DNA of 13,341 nt, taken from contig CAZTOS010000063.1 in assembly GCA_964615185.1 (NCBI GenBank), positions 1-13,341 on the forward strand. Reading direction: 5' to 3'. The translations under genes were made by a program, and so were the position numbers. Positions within the stretch are counted from its first letter, which is position 1. The number at the start of each line of letters is the position of its first letter. Source of the DNA: an uncultured Thermococci archaeon (GTDB lineage: Archaea; Methanobacteriota_B; Thermococci; Thermococcales; Thermococcaceae). The notes beneath the pieces were generated by a model that did not search any database, was not told the DNA's origin, and saw only the letters and a program-made list of their open reading frames with translations. Of this stretch, positions 1 to 7,855 are shown piece by piece.

Positions 1-27
1 GGGTAATCAGTAGTACTATAAGTGAAA

Positions 28-46
28 GTACTATAAATACTTTTCC
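28..46 (-). promoter_or_regulatory. Putative divergent promoter for a gene left of the window
   Basis: The minus strand reads GGAAAAGTATTTATAGTAC, i.e. a purine-rich BRE followed by TTTATA. Confidence 0.4.
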
Positions 47-180
47 AATTACGAACAACCAAAAGTACAAAAATTACAACCACCAACAACCAAACATAAA
101 CATCCCAAAACAACAAAGTAAAAGAAAATTACCCAAACTTCAATAAACATTCAAAAAACTGAGAATTCACGGCAACCTTT

Positions 181-200
181 AAAAGCCAAACCCTTATAAA
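181..200 (+). promoter_or_regulatory. Putative BRE/TATA promoter for yhbY-rps19e
   Basis: A-rich AAAAGCCAAA followed by TTATAAA (194-200), about 45 bp upstream of ATG 245. Confidence 0.5.
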
Positions 201-244
201 CTCTTTTGCCTCTTTGCGAGAGGTTGGGATTTGAGGTGAGAGAG

Positions 245-661
245 ATGGAGAAACGCCTACCCGGAAAGGTGAGAAGGGCTATAAGAGCCAAATATTATGA
301 TATTCAACCTAAAGCGTGGATTGGAAAGAAAGGATTAGAGGAGGGTGTGATTAACGAAATCAACACTCAGCTCAAGAAAGACGGTATTCTCAAAGTGGAA
401 ATAAGAAAAGGGGCGCTTATTGCAACAAGAATGGACAGAAAGCAGATAGCCGAGAAGGTTGCTGAGCTGACTGACAGCGAGCTGATTGAAGTTAGAGGCA
501 AAAGATTTATATTATTCCGTCCGAGAGAGGGATGGGAAAAGTATTTAAGGAAGCTTAAGCTTAAGGAACTCTCAAAGGAGAAGCGGGAAGAGAAGCCCGT
601 TAAAAAGGTCAAGCTCGATATTGCTCAATTTAGAAAGAAGTTCAAGAAAGGGAGGGATTAA
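245..661 (+). CDS. YhbY/CRM-domain RNA-binding protein with a Lys-rich C-terminal tail
   Basis: The motifs [34 protein letters not shown] and [12 protein letters not shown] fit the CRS1/YhbY family. Start moved from TTG 206 to ATG 245 because GAGGTGA (233-239) precedes it. Its position next to rps19e is typical of archaea. Confidence 0.88.
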   Translation: MEKRLPGKVRRAIRAKYYDIQPKAWIGKKGLEEGVINEINTQLKKDGILKVEIRKGALIATRMDRKQIAEKVAELTDSELIEVRGKRFILFRPREGWEKYLRKLKLKELSKEKREEKPVKKVKLDIAQFRKKFKKGRD

Positions 662-663
662 GG

Positions 664-1116
664 ATGGCGACAGTTTATGACGTTCCCGGTGATTTGCTCG
701 TTGAGAGGGTTGCTCAAAAGTTGAAGGAGATACCTGAGATTAAACCACCAGAGTGGGCACCATTTGTCAAAACAGGAAGACACAAGGAAAGACTTCCAGA
801 ACAAGAGGACTGGTGGTATTATAGAGTTGCTTCAGTCTTCAGAAAGATATACATCGACGGCCCTGTTGGTATTGAAAGGCTTAGGACTTGGTACGGAGGA
901 AGAAAGAACAGGGGACATGTTCCGGAGAAGTTTTACAAGGGAAGCGGAAGCATAATCAGAAAGGCTCTTCAACAGTTAGAAGCAGCTGGATTCATTGAAA
1001 AGATTCCCGGCAGGGGAAGAATCGTTACTCCCAAGGGAAGAAGCTTCCTTGACAAAGCAGCAACCGAACTTAAAAAGGAACTTGAGGAAGTTATTCCAGA
1101 GCTTAAGAAATACTGA
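664..1116 (+). CDS. rps19e: 30S ribosomal protein S19e
   Basis: 150 aa with [50 protein letters not shown] and [14 protein letters not shown]. Confidence 0.98.
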   Translation: MATVYDVPGDLLVERVAQKLKEIPEIKPPEWAPFVKTGRHKERLPEQEDWWYYRVASVFRKIYIDGPVGIERLRTWYGGRKNRGHVPEKFYKGSGSIIRKALQQLEAAGFIEKIPGRGRIVTPKGRSFLDKAATELKKELEEVIPELKKY

Positions 1117-1218
1117 ACTTCTGTTTTCATCCTAACTTTCTAAATTTAATTACGTCAATCTCTGTTACAATAACTTTTTAACTATTTTATCATAAATCCC
1201 CTTGGCGAGGTGATGTAA

Positions 1219-1557
1219 ATGGCTGAGGACATTGAGGAAATTAGAAAGAGGAAGCTCATGGAATTACAGAAAAGGCTTGCTGAGCAGCAAAAAGCTCAGG
1301 AAGAAGCTGCAAGACAGCAGGCTGAACTTGAAGCCCAAATACAAGCAATTCTCAGGAGAATACTAACTCCAGAAGCAAGGGAAAGGCTTTCAAGGGTTAA
1401 ACTTGTCAAACCCGAACTTGCTCAACAAGTTGAGCTTATATTGGTTCAACTTTACCAAGCAGGACAGATTAGAGAGAGAATTGATGATGCAAAGCTTAAG
1501 AAGATTTTAGCTCAGATTGATGCAAGGACAAGAAGAGAATTTAGGATTAGGTGGTAG
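1219..1557 (+). CDS. PDCD5/TFAR19-family dsDNA-binding protein
   Basis: EEIRKRKLMELQ and ILTPEARERLSRVKLVKPELAQQVELILVQLYQAGQI; RBS GAGGTGA upstream; commonly follows rps19e. Confidence 0.93.
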   Translation: MAEDIEEIRKRKLMELQKRLAEQQKAQEEAARQQAELEAQIQAILRRILTPEARERLSRVKLVKPELAQQVELILVQLYQAGQIRERIDDAKLKKILAQIDARTRREFRIRW

Positions 1558-1640
1558 CGAGAGTTACATTACTTTGCTTTGACACCCTTAAAATTTATAT
1601 ACCTTTTGTGTGTAAATAAACAAAGACGAGTGAGAGAAGT

Positions 1641-1913
1641 ATGGAAATCAAAAGAATAATAAAAGAGCTTGACTTAAAAGGCGAGGTTAGCTTAGAGACT
1701 TGGAAGCCTATCTCTGCCAAGAAAAATAGTGACGGGACAATTGATGTCCTTTATCGTAACTTGTTGCTTGGAGATGAAAAAGATCCCGTGTTCCTCTGGG
1801 TTTATGTTAACGTGGTCGAAGATGAAGAAATTGATGTTAGAGTTTTGGAAAAGATGACATTCAAAAAAGAGGACTTACTATGGATAACGAAGTTTGTATC
1901 AAAGTTTGGTTAA
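1641..1913 (+). CDS. Hypothetical protein (90 aa)
   Basis: Clean ORF filling the gap between core genes, with TTTATAT about 40 bp upstream. No recognised motif. Confidence 0.75.
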   Translation: MEIKRIIKELDLKGEVSLETWKPISAKKNSDGTIDVLYRNLLLGDEKDPVFLWVYVNVVEDEEIDVRVLEKMTFKKEDLLWITKFVSKFG

Positions 1914-1964
1914 TTTTATATAGTATGAGTTTATTAACCGTAACCCGCAGATGGGGGTGTCAAA

Positions 1965-2864
1965 GTGGAAAAGCGTAGGGTCTGCCCAGTTTGTGGTTCA
2001 ACTGAATTTATTTATGATCCCGAGCATGGAGAAATTGTTTGTGCAAAGTGTGGATTCGTCATAGAAGAAAATATAGTAGATATGGGACCAGAATGGCGTG
2101 CTTTTGATGCTTCTCAGAGGGAAAAGCGTTCAAGAACTGGCGCACCTGAGAGTATTCTGCTTCACGATAAGGGTTTATCCACGGACATCGGGAGCGACAG
2201 GAATATTACCGGCTTGATGAGGGAGAAGATGTATCGTTTGAGGAAGTGGCAGTCTCGCTTGAGAGTGAGTGATGCGGCCGAGCGTAATTTAGCTTTTGCC
2301 TTAAGCGAGCTTGACAGAATTGCTTCCCAACTCAAGCTTCCAAAACATGTTGAGGAGGAAGCGGCAAGGCTGTATAGAGAGGCCGTGAGAAGAGGGCTCA
2401 TTAGAGGGAGATCTATTGAAAGCGTTATTGCTGCATGTGTTTACGCTGCCTGTAGGCTCTTAAAAATACCAAGAACTCTCGATGAGATTGCTGATATTGC
2501 AAGAGTTGACAAGAAAGAGATTGGAAGAAGCTTTAGGTTTATTGCAAGGAATCTCAACTTAACTCCAAAGAAGCTCTTTGTTAAGCCAACTGATTACGTC
2601 AACAAGTTTGCTGACGAGCTTGGCTTGAGTGAAAAAGTAAGGAGAAGAGCAATTGAACTCTTGGAGGAAGCATATAACAGGGGATTAACAAGCGGCAAAA
2701 GTCCAGCCGGATTAGTTGCCGCTGCATTATACATTGCTTCACTGCTCGAGGGCGAGAAGAGAACTCAAAGGGAAGTTGCTGAAGTTGCAAGAGTCACGGA
2801 AGTCACAGTCAGAAACAGATACAAAGAATTAGTAGAAAAACTCGGACTGAAAATAACAATCTGA
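1965..2864 (+). CDS. tfb: Transcription initiation factor IIB (TFB)
   Basis: Zn ribbon CPVC..CAKC, B-reader GPEWRAFD, two cyclin repeats (RGRSIESVIAACVYAACR, GKSPAGLVAAALYIA) and HTH TQREVAEVARVTEVTVRNRYKEL. GTG start with GGGGGTG RBS. Confidence 0.98.
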   Translation: MEKRRVCPVCGSTEFIYDPEHGEIVCAKCGFVIEENIVDMGPEWRAFDASQREKRSRTGAPESILLHDKGLSTDIGSDRNITGLMREKMYRLRKWQSRLRVSDAAERNLAFALSELDRIASQLKLPKHVEEEAARLYREAVRRGLIRGRSIESVIAACVYAACRLLKIPRTLDEIADIARVDKKEIGRSFRFIARNLNLTPKKLFVKPTDYVNKFADELGLSEKVRRRAIELLEEAYNRGLTSGKSPAGLVAAALYIASLLEGEKRTQREVAEVARVTEVTVRNRYKELVEKLGLKITI

Positions 2865-2948
2865 TTTTTCTTTTTATTTATCCAGCAAATTGGATGCTCA
2901 ATACTAATGCTGACATATGGTATTAGAAAATCAAAACAAAAAGAAAAA
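2865..2948. terminator. Convergent oligo-T terminator region between tfb and fen
   Basis: TTTTTCTTTTTATTT follows the tfb stop on the + strand. The A-tracts at 2927-2948 are T-tracts after the fen stop on the - strand. Confidence 0.55.
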
Positions 2949-3977
2949 TCACTTCTTCTTCATGAACCAGCTCTCCAAAGTTGATTGTTTTCCTGCTCTT
3001 ATTGCTTTCTTCAGCCTTTCGAGACCGTTCTTTACCCTCTCCTCGCTGAAGTCGTGTTCATCACAGAGGAACTTTAAAATGCCTTCTTCATCTGGCATCT
3101 TCCAGACGAGCTTGTAATCATCTGTAACAGGCGGATTTAGGAAGAACTCCTTGATTGCATATAAATCAACGTCGCTCATCTTCTGATACTTCTTCAGTGG
3201 ATCTTTTGAATATCTGGCAATCTCCAGAGCTTTCTTTGGACCAACCCCCTTGATTCCTCCCGGATTATAATCGGTTCCAACCAAGATAGCCAGTTCTATG
3301 AGCTTTTCCCTGTCAATCTTCAGTTCTTTTAAAACTTCCTCCAAAACAATCAGCTCTGGCTTTACTTCAACATAAACATCTTTTCCAGGAAGCTTTCTTC
3401 TACCTGTTATTGTCAAATTCCTAACAAGCCTTGGTGCTCCAAACAAAAGTGAGTCATAATCCTGAGAAGCTGAAGCCCAGACTTTACCCTTTGATGCCAT
3501 ATAAGCCGCTTGAGCCTCACCTTCACTTGGAGCCTGCACCCATGGAATGCCCATGAGTTCTAAGAGTTTTTTGGCATCTTCAATCAGCTGCTCATTCACC
3601 CTTGAAGCTCTCTGAGCATATTTCTTTGCCTCCTCCAGATCACCTCTCGCCAAAGCCTCTTGCCACTTTTCCTCAGCTTCTTCCCTCGCTTCCGCTCTCT
3701 TTTCAAGTTCCTTCTTTTTGAATTCTGGCGGCTTTCCATCAAAGACATACGCCGGCTTTATTCCTGCTTCCATGAGGTTTATCGTCCTGTAGAACAGCCC
3801 GGAGAGATGTGAAGTTATCCTCCCCTTAGAGTCCATGAGAGGGGTTCCATCTCTTTGTCTGATGATAGACAAGAACTGATAAATTGCATTCAGGGCATCG
3901 ATGGCTATCTTCCTTCCGTTTAGATTTTCAATCTCAATTTCTTTTCTTGGAACAAGCTCACCTATCTGAACTCCCAT
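2949..3977 (-). CDS. fen: Flap endonuclease-1
   Basis: [41 protein letters not shown]3[19 protein letters not shown] and C-terminal PIP box QSTLESWF. Confidence 0.98.
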   Translation of the reverse strand: MGVQIGELVPRKEIEIENLNGRKIAIDALNAIYQFLSIIRQRDGTPLMDSKGRITSHLSGLFYRTINLMEAGIKPAYVFDGKPPEFKKKELEKRAEAREEAEEKWQEALARGDLEEAKKYAQRASRVNEQLIEDAKKLLELMGIPWVQAPSEGEAQAAYMASKGKVWASASQDYDSLLFGAPRLVRNLTITGRRKLPGKDVYVEVKPELIVLEEVLKELKIDREKLIELAILVGTDYNPGGIKGVGPKKALEIARYSKDPLKKYQKMSDVDLYAIKEFFLNPPVTDDYKLVWKMPDEEGILKFLCDEHDFSEERVKNGLERLKKAIRAGKQSTLESWFMKKK

Positions 3978-4205
3978 TACTCCCCACCCATCTTAATGTA
4001 TAGTATCCTAAATACAAATATAAGGCCTGCGATTGCAAAGAGCTTTATAGCATCCTAAAATCGGAAGCAACAACAATCTTTTGAATTAATGCAACAATCC
4101 CAATACATGAATCAGGCCAACACGGTGCTGCCTCAAATAACTACCATATCAAAGTTCTGAAGGCTTTATGAACCTGCGTACATTGGACGACTTTCTCTTG
4201 CCATT

Positions 4206-4263
4206 TTCATCAGCCTACCGGTGTGCTCATCACCCCTCAGATGAGGGGAAGGGTCATCATCAC
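4206..4263 (-). ncRNA. Box C/D methylation-guide sRNA
   Basis: The minus strand reads ATGATGA (C, 4260-4254), CCCTTCCCCTCAT, CTGA (D', 4240-4237), GGG, GTGATGA (C', 4233-4227), GCACACCGGTAGG, CTGA (D, 4213-4210). All four boxes are consensus and both guides are 13 nt. Ends are approximate. Confidence 0.92.
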
Positions 4264-4282
4264 TTTTATTTTCTGTCCTTGA

Positions 4283-4295
4283 CTTTAAAACATTG
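4283..4295 (-). promoter_or_regulatory. Putative TATA box for the C/D sRNA
   Basis: Minus-strand TTTTAAAG lies roughly 20-27 nt upstream of the predicted sRNA 5' end. Confidence 0.5.
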
Positions 4296-4366
4296 TTCCC
4301 CTAATGGATAGGTGATTTTTAAAGCGATTTTGGAAAGCTACTGATGGCATGTAAATGTACATAAAT

Positions 4367-4597
4367 TTTTGATTACTCTTCAAAGTTTTTGATTTTTAAT
4401 TTTTGTGTATTTTGAAATTAGAGCCTTTTTAGTGCTTACTTTTTTTCCAAAGCTATTTTTACTATTATAAATCAAAAAATTTAAATAACCTAATGGACAT
4501 AATAGTCATGAAAATTTCCCATGGTGATGTCAATGAGGTGGAAGTTGCTTGGTGTTTTGTTACTAAGTTTGTTGGTTTTAAGTTCTTTTGGTAGTGC
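4367..4597 (+). repeat. Promoter + RBS + signal-peptide module, copy 1
   Basis: Colinear with 7625-7855. Shared blocks: ACTCTTCAAAGTTTTT, TTTTTAGTGCTTACTTTTT, ACTATTATAAATCAAAAAATT, GACATAATAGT, TGGTGATGTCAATG, AGTTCTTTTGGTAGTGC. Confidence 0.95.
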
Positions 4598-5750
4598 CGC
4601 AGTGCCAAGTAATGAAGTTTCTCCAGTACTTGCTGAAAAAGCTGCCAAAACCTACGTGAATTGGATTGCTGTCAACATTCCTGACTTCAAAGAGTGGAGA
4701 GGTGCAACTCTTGGAAAACCCATTACTTACTACTTTCCCAATGGTGAGAAAAGTGCTTATGAGTTTGCAGTTTTTAAGAACGGCAAGAATGTTGGATTTA
4801 TTCTTGTTTCGGCAAGAAAAGACATGCCTCCAGTTTTGGAGTTCAGCAAGGCAAAACCACCAAGCTGGAACTTAGAAAAAGTTAAAGAACTCGCAGAAAA
4901 GAAAGATTACAAGGCTGGGAAACTACTCTATTACGGAGCACTAACTTACAGCGTTGATATTGGAAACGGGAAAGCAATAGGCTTAAAAGACATGAAAGTG
5001 AGAAAATATCCAATGAACGTAGAACTAAAATTCAACAAAGAAAAAGCAAGAAAAGACTGGGAAAAAATTGCAAATACCGGAACCATCACTGATACAAAGG
5101 AAATAGTACCCTTGGCTACTGCAGTAATAGGATTCATTGAGGGAGTACCAGCCTGGACATCAACGGATTATGGAGATGCTTATTATCTTGACTATCCGGA
5201 TAATGTGGGGCCCGCAACTGATCCTTGGGATGACTGGGACGGTTGTGCAGCAATAGCCGCTTCAATGATTATTGCGTATTATGAGCCACAATTACAGGAT
5301 GACTGGAACAGGGAAGCAATAATTGATGTGCTTCACTACACTATGAATATTGATTATAATGGAGGATCCTATTGGTGGAATCAAGTAGAGGGCATTAAAA
5401 ACTTTAAAGAGGAATGGGACAGCTTAACTGGATGGATAGTATCTGATTCAGTATATCATGACTTTACTGCAACATTCTATGAAGACTATAATGATCTCGA
5501 CATAATATCTGAGGTTAACAGCGATCACCCATTTATACTTGGACTTGAAGGAGGTGGGAGTGCAAATGACCGTAATGTTCCATATGGAAATCATGCCGTA
5601 ACTGGTGTGGGTTATATTGCTGCGTGCTCAGGAAACTATTACTGTGATGTAGCATATATTGAAATACATGACACTTGGGACTTTGAAACTCATTACATTG
5701 CCAACGGAAACTGGCAGGATGCAGACATGATAAAGGTGAGGACTGCATGA
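4533..5750 (+). CDS. Secreted papain-fold cysteine peptidase (C10/C39-like) with signal peptide and Spi/I69-like propeptide
   Basis: Signal peptide MRWKLLGVLLLSLLVLSSFGSA. Prodomain motif GFILVSARKDMPPVLEFS. Catalytic-type motifs GCAAIAASMIIAYY (Cys codon 5244), GNHAVTGVGY (His 5592) and IEIHDTW (Asp 5670). Start ATG 4533 is preferred over 4521 because GGTGA at 4523-4527 precedes it and the 4521 equivalent is TTG in copy 2. Confidence 0.82.
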   Translation: MRWKLLGVLLLSLLVLSSFGSAAVPSNEVSPVLAEKAAKTYVNWIAVNIPDFKEWRGATLGKPITYYFPNGEKSAYEFAVFKNGKNVGFILVSARKDMPPVLEFSKAKPPSWNLEKVKELAEKKDYKAGKLLYYGALTYSVDIGNGKAIGLKDMKVRKYPMNVELKFNKEKARKDWEKIANTGTITDTKEIVPLATAVIGFIEGVPAWTSTDYGDAYYLDYPDNVGPATDPWDDWDGCAAIAASMIIAYYEPQLQDDWNREAIIDVLHYTMNIDYNGGSYWWNQVEGIKNFKEEWDSLTGWIVSDSVYHDFTATFYEDYNDLDIISEVNSDHPFILGLEGGGSANDRNVPYGNHAVTGVGYIAACSGNYYCDVAYIEIHDTWDFETHYIANGNWQDADMIKVRTA

Positions 5751-6763
5751 AATCTTCACATGCTTCTTTTGTCGTTCTGCTAATTTTTGTTTTAATTGTA
5801 GTGGGCCTAGTTTACTATCTACCAACACCAAGAACTAATGAAAATAATTATCCCCAAAATTTCAGCAAATCTCTTCTATCAAAAAATGTCATTTCTCAGA
5901 CATTGGAACCATTTACACTCTTTTATGGTCAGATTGAAAACAAGAGCTGGACAACTTTTAAACTCCCAGGATATTTAGATAAGTTTGAGGGAAGAATAGA
6001 AGGGATAGAAACAGTTGTTTATGCTTATCCTAACGTAAGCTCTTGCATACCTGTTTATGAGCGCATAAAAGATGCTCTTTTCAATGGAGGATTTCAGATT
6101 TATAATATCTCCGAAGAGAGCAAGCATGATTGTAAGTGGATTATACTTACAAATTCCAACGAAACATATTATATTGAATGTAGCGAATTTCTGGAGCATG
6201 GAAGACTGCTAATAATTTACGGAAATTTGTCTGAGGTTATCAAACTTGCACAGAGAATACCAACTCAAAGTTGTCAGCCCCCTAGGAGTGAATCAGTTTA
6301 TTATGGACCCTCTGTCCAGAAGGTTATCTCATATACTCTTGGAGTGACAAGAGCTGAGGAACCGATCCCCCTCTGGCAAAAAGAATGGACAGCAAAATTT
6401 AACCTAACTCCATCGAATTATATTCTCTCAAAAGAAGGGTATTTGAATTTAACCCTCAATCCACGGTTTCCTGTGAATACAACTGCAAATATGGGAATTT
6501 TCATTTATGAGAACCTGACTACATGTAAAATTGAAGTCAAAGAGCTTTCCAATAGACTCTTAAGAAAAGGCTATCAAGAAAAAGACATCCCCAAAAGAGT
6601 CCCCGCAAGGATAACCGTCAGTAGAGTATTACTTTCAAAAATGCTTCAAAAAGATGAGGACGCAGTGTACATTGAATGCACCTATGTTATGGGATACGGA
6701 AGGCTAATAATTCTGAAAGGAAAACTGGAAGAATTGGAAAAATTAGTTTCTATTCTCTCATGA
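5747..6763 (+). CDS. Membrane-anchored extracellular protein with two copies of an uncharacterised YIEC..GRL domain
   Basis: One N-terminal hydrophobic helix and 10 N-x-S/T sequons. Repeats YYIECSEFLEHGRLLIIYG and VYIECTYVMGYGRLIILKG. ATGA overlap with the protease stop, with AGGTGA RBS at 5734-5739. Confidence 0.85.
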   Translation: MKSSHASFVVLLIFVLIVVGLVYYLPTPRTNENNYPQNFSKSLLSKNVISQTLEPFTLFYGQIENKSWTTFKLPGYLDKFEGRIEGIETVVYAYPNVSSCIPVYERIKDALFNGGFQIYNISEESKHDCKWIILTNSNETYYIECSEFLEHGRLLIIYGNLSEVIKLAQRIPTQSCQPPRSESVYYGPSVQKVISYTLGVTRAEEPIPLWQKEWTAKFNLTPSNYILSKEGYLNLTLNPRFPVNTTANMGIFIYENLTTCKIEVKELSNRLLRKGYQEKDIPKRVPARITVSRVLLSKMLQKDEDAVYIECTYVMGYGRLIILKGKLEELEKLVSILS

Positions 6764-6788
6764 GATGCGTGACATTGAGGTGTGAAAT

Positions 6789-7586
6789 ATGAAGAGAAAT
6801 TTTGTTCTTTTGCTTGTTTCATTCTTTTTCTTTGTTGGAGTTTTGCTGAAATTATCTGACAGGGCAATGTTGTTCATCCCCTTCTTTATATTTGCCTTCA
6901 TCTTCTCGTTCACTGGTGAAAAGCCCTTAACCGGATTTATTGCATTTGGAGGGGGTTTGTTATTTGCCAAAGTAGTTGAAGAATGCTGGGCACTTCTTTC
7001 TGACCTTTACAAAATTCAGGGATGGATAGTTTGGATTATTGGAATATTCGTGCCAAGTATTATATTCTCCCATTTTGTATCCAAAATTACACAAAAAAAC
7101 AAGCACATTGTTTTCGCTGTTTTTGTTCTTTTTCTAATCCTAACAAGCATGAATATAGACTCGCCCCCACAGGCAGTTGCATTTCGAACAGCTTACGCTC
7201 TTGGAGCATCTTCTAAGGATTATGATGATAGCTGGCTCAAGGAGTACCCCTTTCTGCCCAAGCACTATGGTGGATTGTGGGTAGGGAGAACTTCAGAGTA
7301 TTATGTTGCAGTATACGTTTGGCGTTGTTATGCTTTCTGCCCATTAGGAAGTTCTCTATGCAAGAGAGCATATGATGAATCTTTGAAGAACTTAAAAATG
7401 ATGAGATTTAAAGAACTAAACATTACAATACAACGAAGAGCAGAGAACAAGGTCTTACTCTCAAATGGGACAACCATGATATATCTTGAATGTTCTGAAA
7501 AATCTGGATACCAAAGACTAATCTTCCTTGTTAGGAACACCAATGAAACTGAAAAATTTCTCCGACTTATTGAAGACCTTAGATGA
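6789..7586 (+). CDS. Multi-pass membrane protein with a C-terminal YLEC..RL domain
   Basis: About 4-5 hydrophobic segments in the first ~120 aa; the soluble C-terminal part is paralogous to 12566-13261; GAGGTG RBS. Confidence 0.85.
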   Translation: MKRNFVLLLVSFFFFVGVLLKLSDRAMLFIPFFIFAFIFSFTGEKPLTGFIAFGGGLLFAKVVEECWALLSDLYKIQGWIVWIIGIFVPSIIFSHFVSKITQKNKHIVFAVFVLFLILTSMNIDSPPQAVAFRTAYALGASSKDYDDSWLKEYPFLPKHYGGLWVGRTSEYYVAVYVWRCYAFCPLGSSLCKRAYDESLKNLKMMRFKELNITIQRRAENKVLLSNGTTMIYLECSEKSGYQRLIFLVRNTNETEKFLRLIEDLR

Positions 7587-7624
7587 GTTACGAAGAACCT
7601 CCCATCTATATCAAAAATGCAATG

Positions 7625-7855
7625 TTTTGGTCACTCTTCAAAGTTTTTAAAACTTAAGTTTCTCCCCATTTCAAAAATCAGGACGTTTTTAGTGCTTACT
7701 TTTTGATTAGATCTTTACAACTATTATAAATCAAAAAATTAAATAGTCTGGTAGACATAATAGTTACGAAAACTTCCGTTGGTGATGTCAATGCGGTTGA
7801 AGTTGTTAAGCTTTTTGTTACTAAGCTTGCTGGTTTTGAGTTCTTTTGGTAGTGC
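7625..7855 (+). repeat. Promoter + RBS + signal-peptide module, copy 2
   Basis: Colinear, diverged copy of 4367-4597; similarity stops abruptly after the ...GGTAGTGC codons (GSA). Confidence 0.95.

Noticed and set aside
367..3117. Small alternative ORFs 367-612, 764-955, 2162-2401, 2599-2790 and 2917-3117
   Set aside because: They are antisense or off-frame shadows of well-supported core genes.
4046..4210. Possible pseudogene remnant on the minus strand between the sRNA and fen
   Set aside because: Only short, stop-interrupted frames with no recognisable homology are present.
4533..7586. Bacteriocin/RiPP cluster built around a C39 peptidase
   Set aside because: No ABC transporter, precursor peptide or modifying enzyme is in the window, and the peptidase has its own signal peptide and propeptide.
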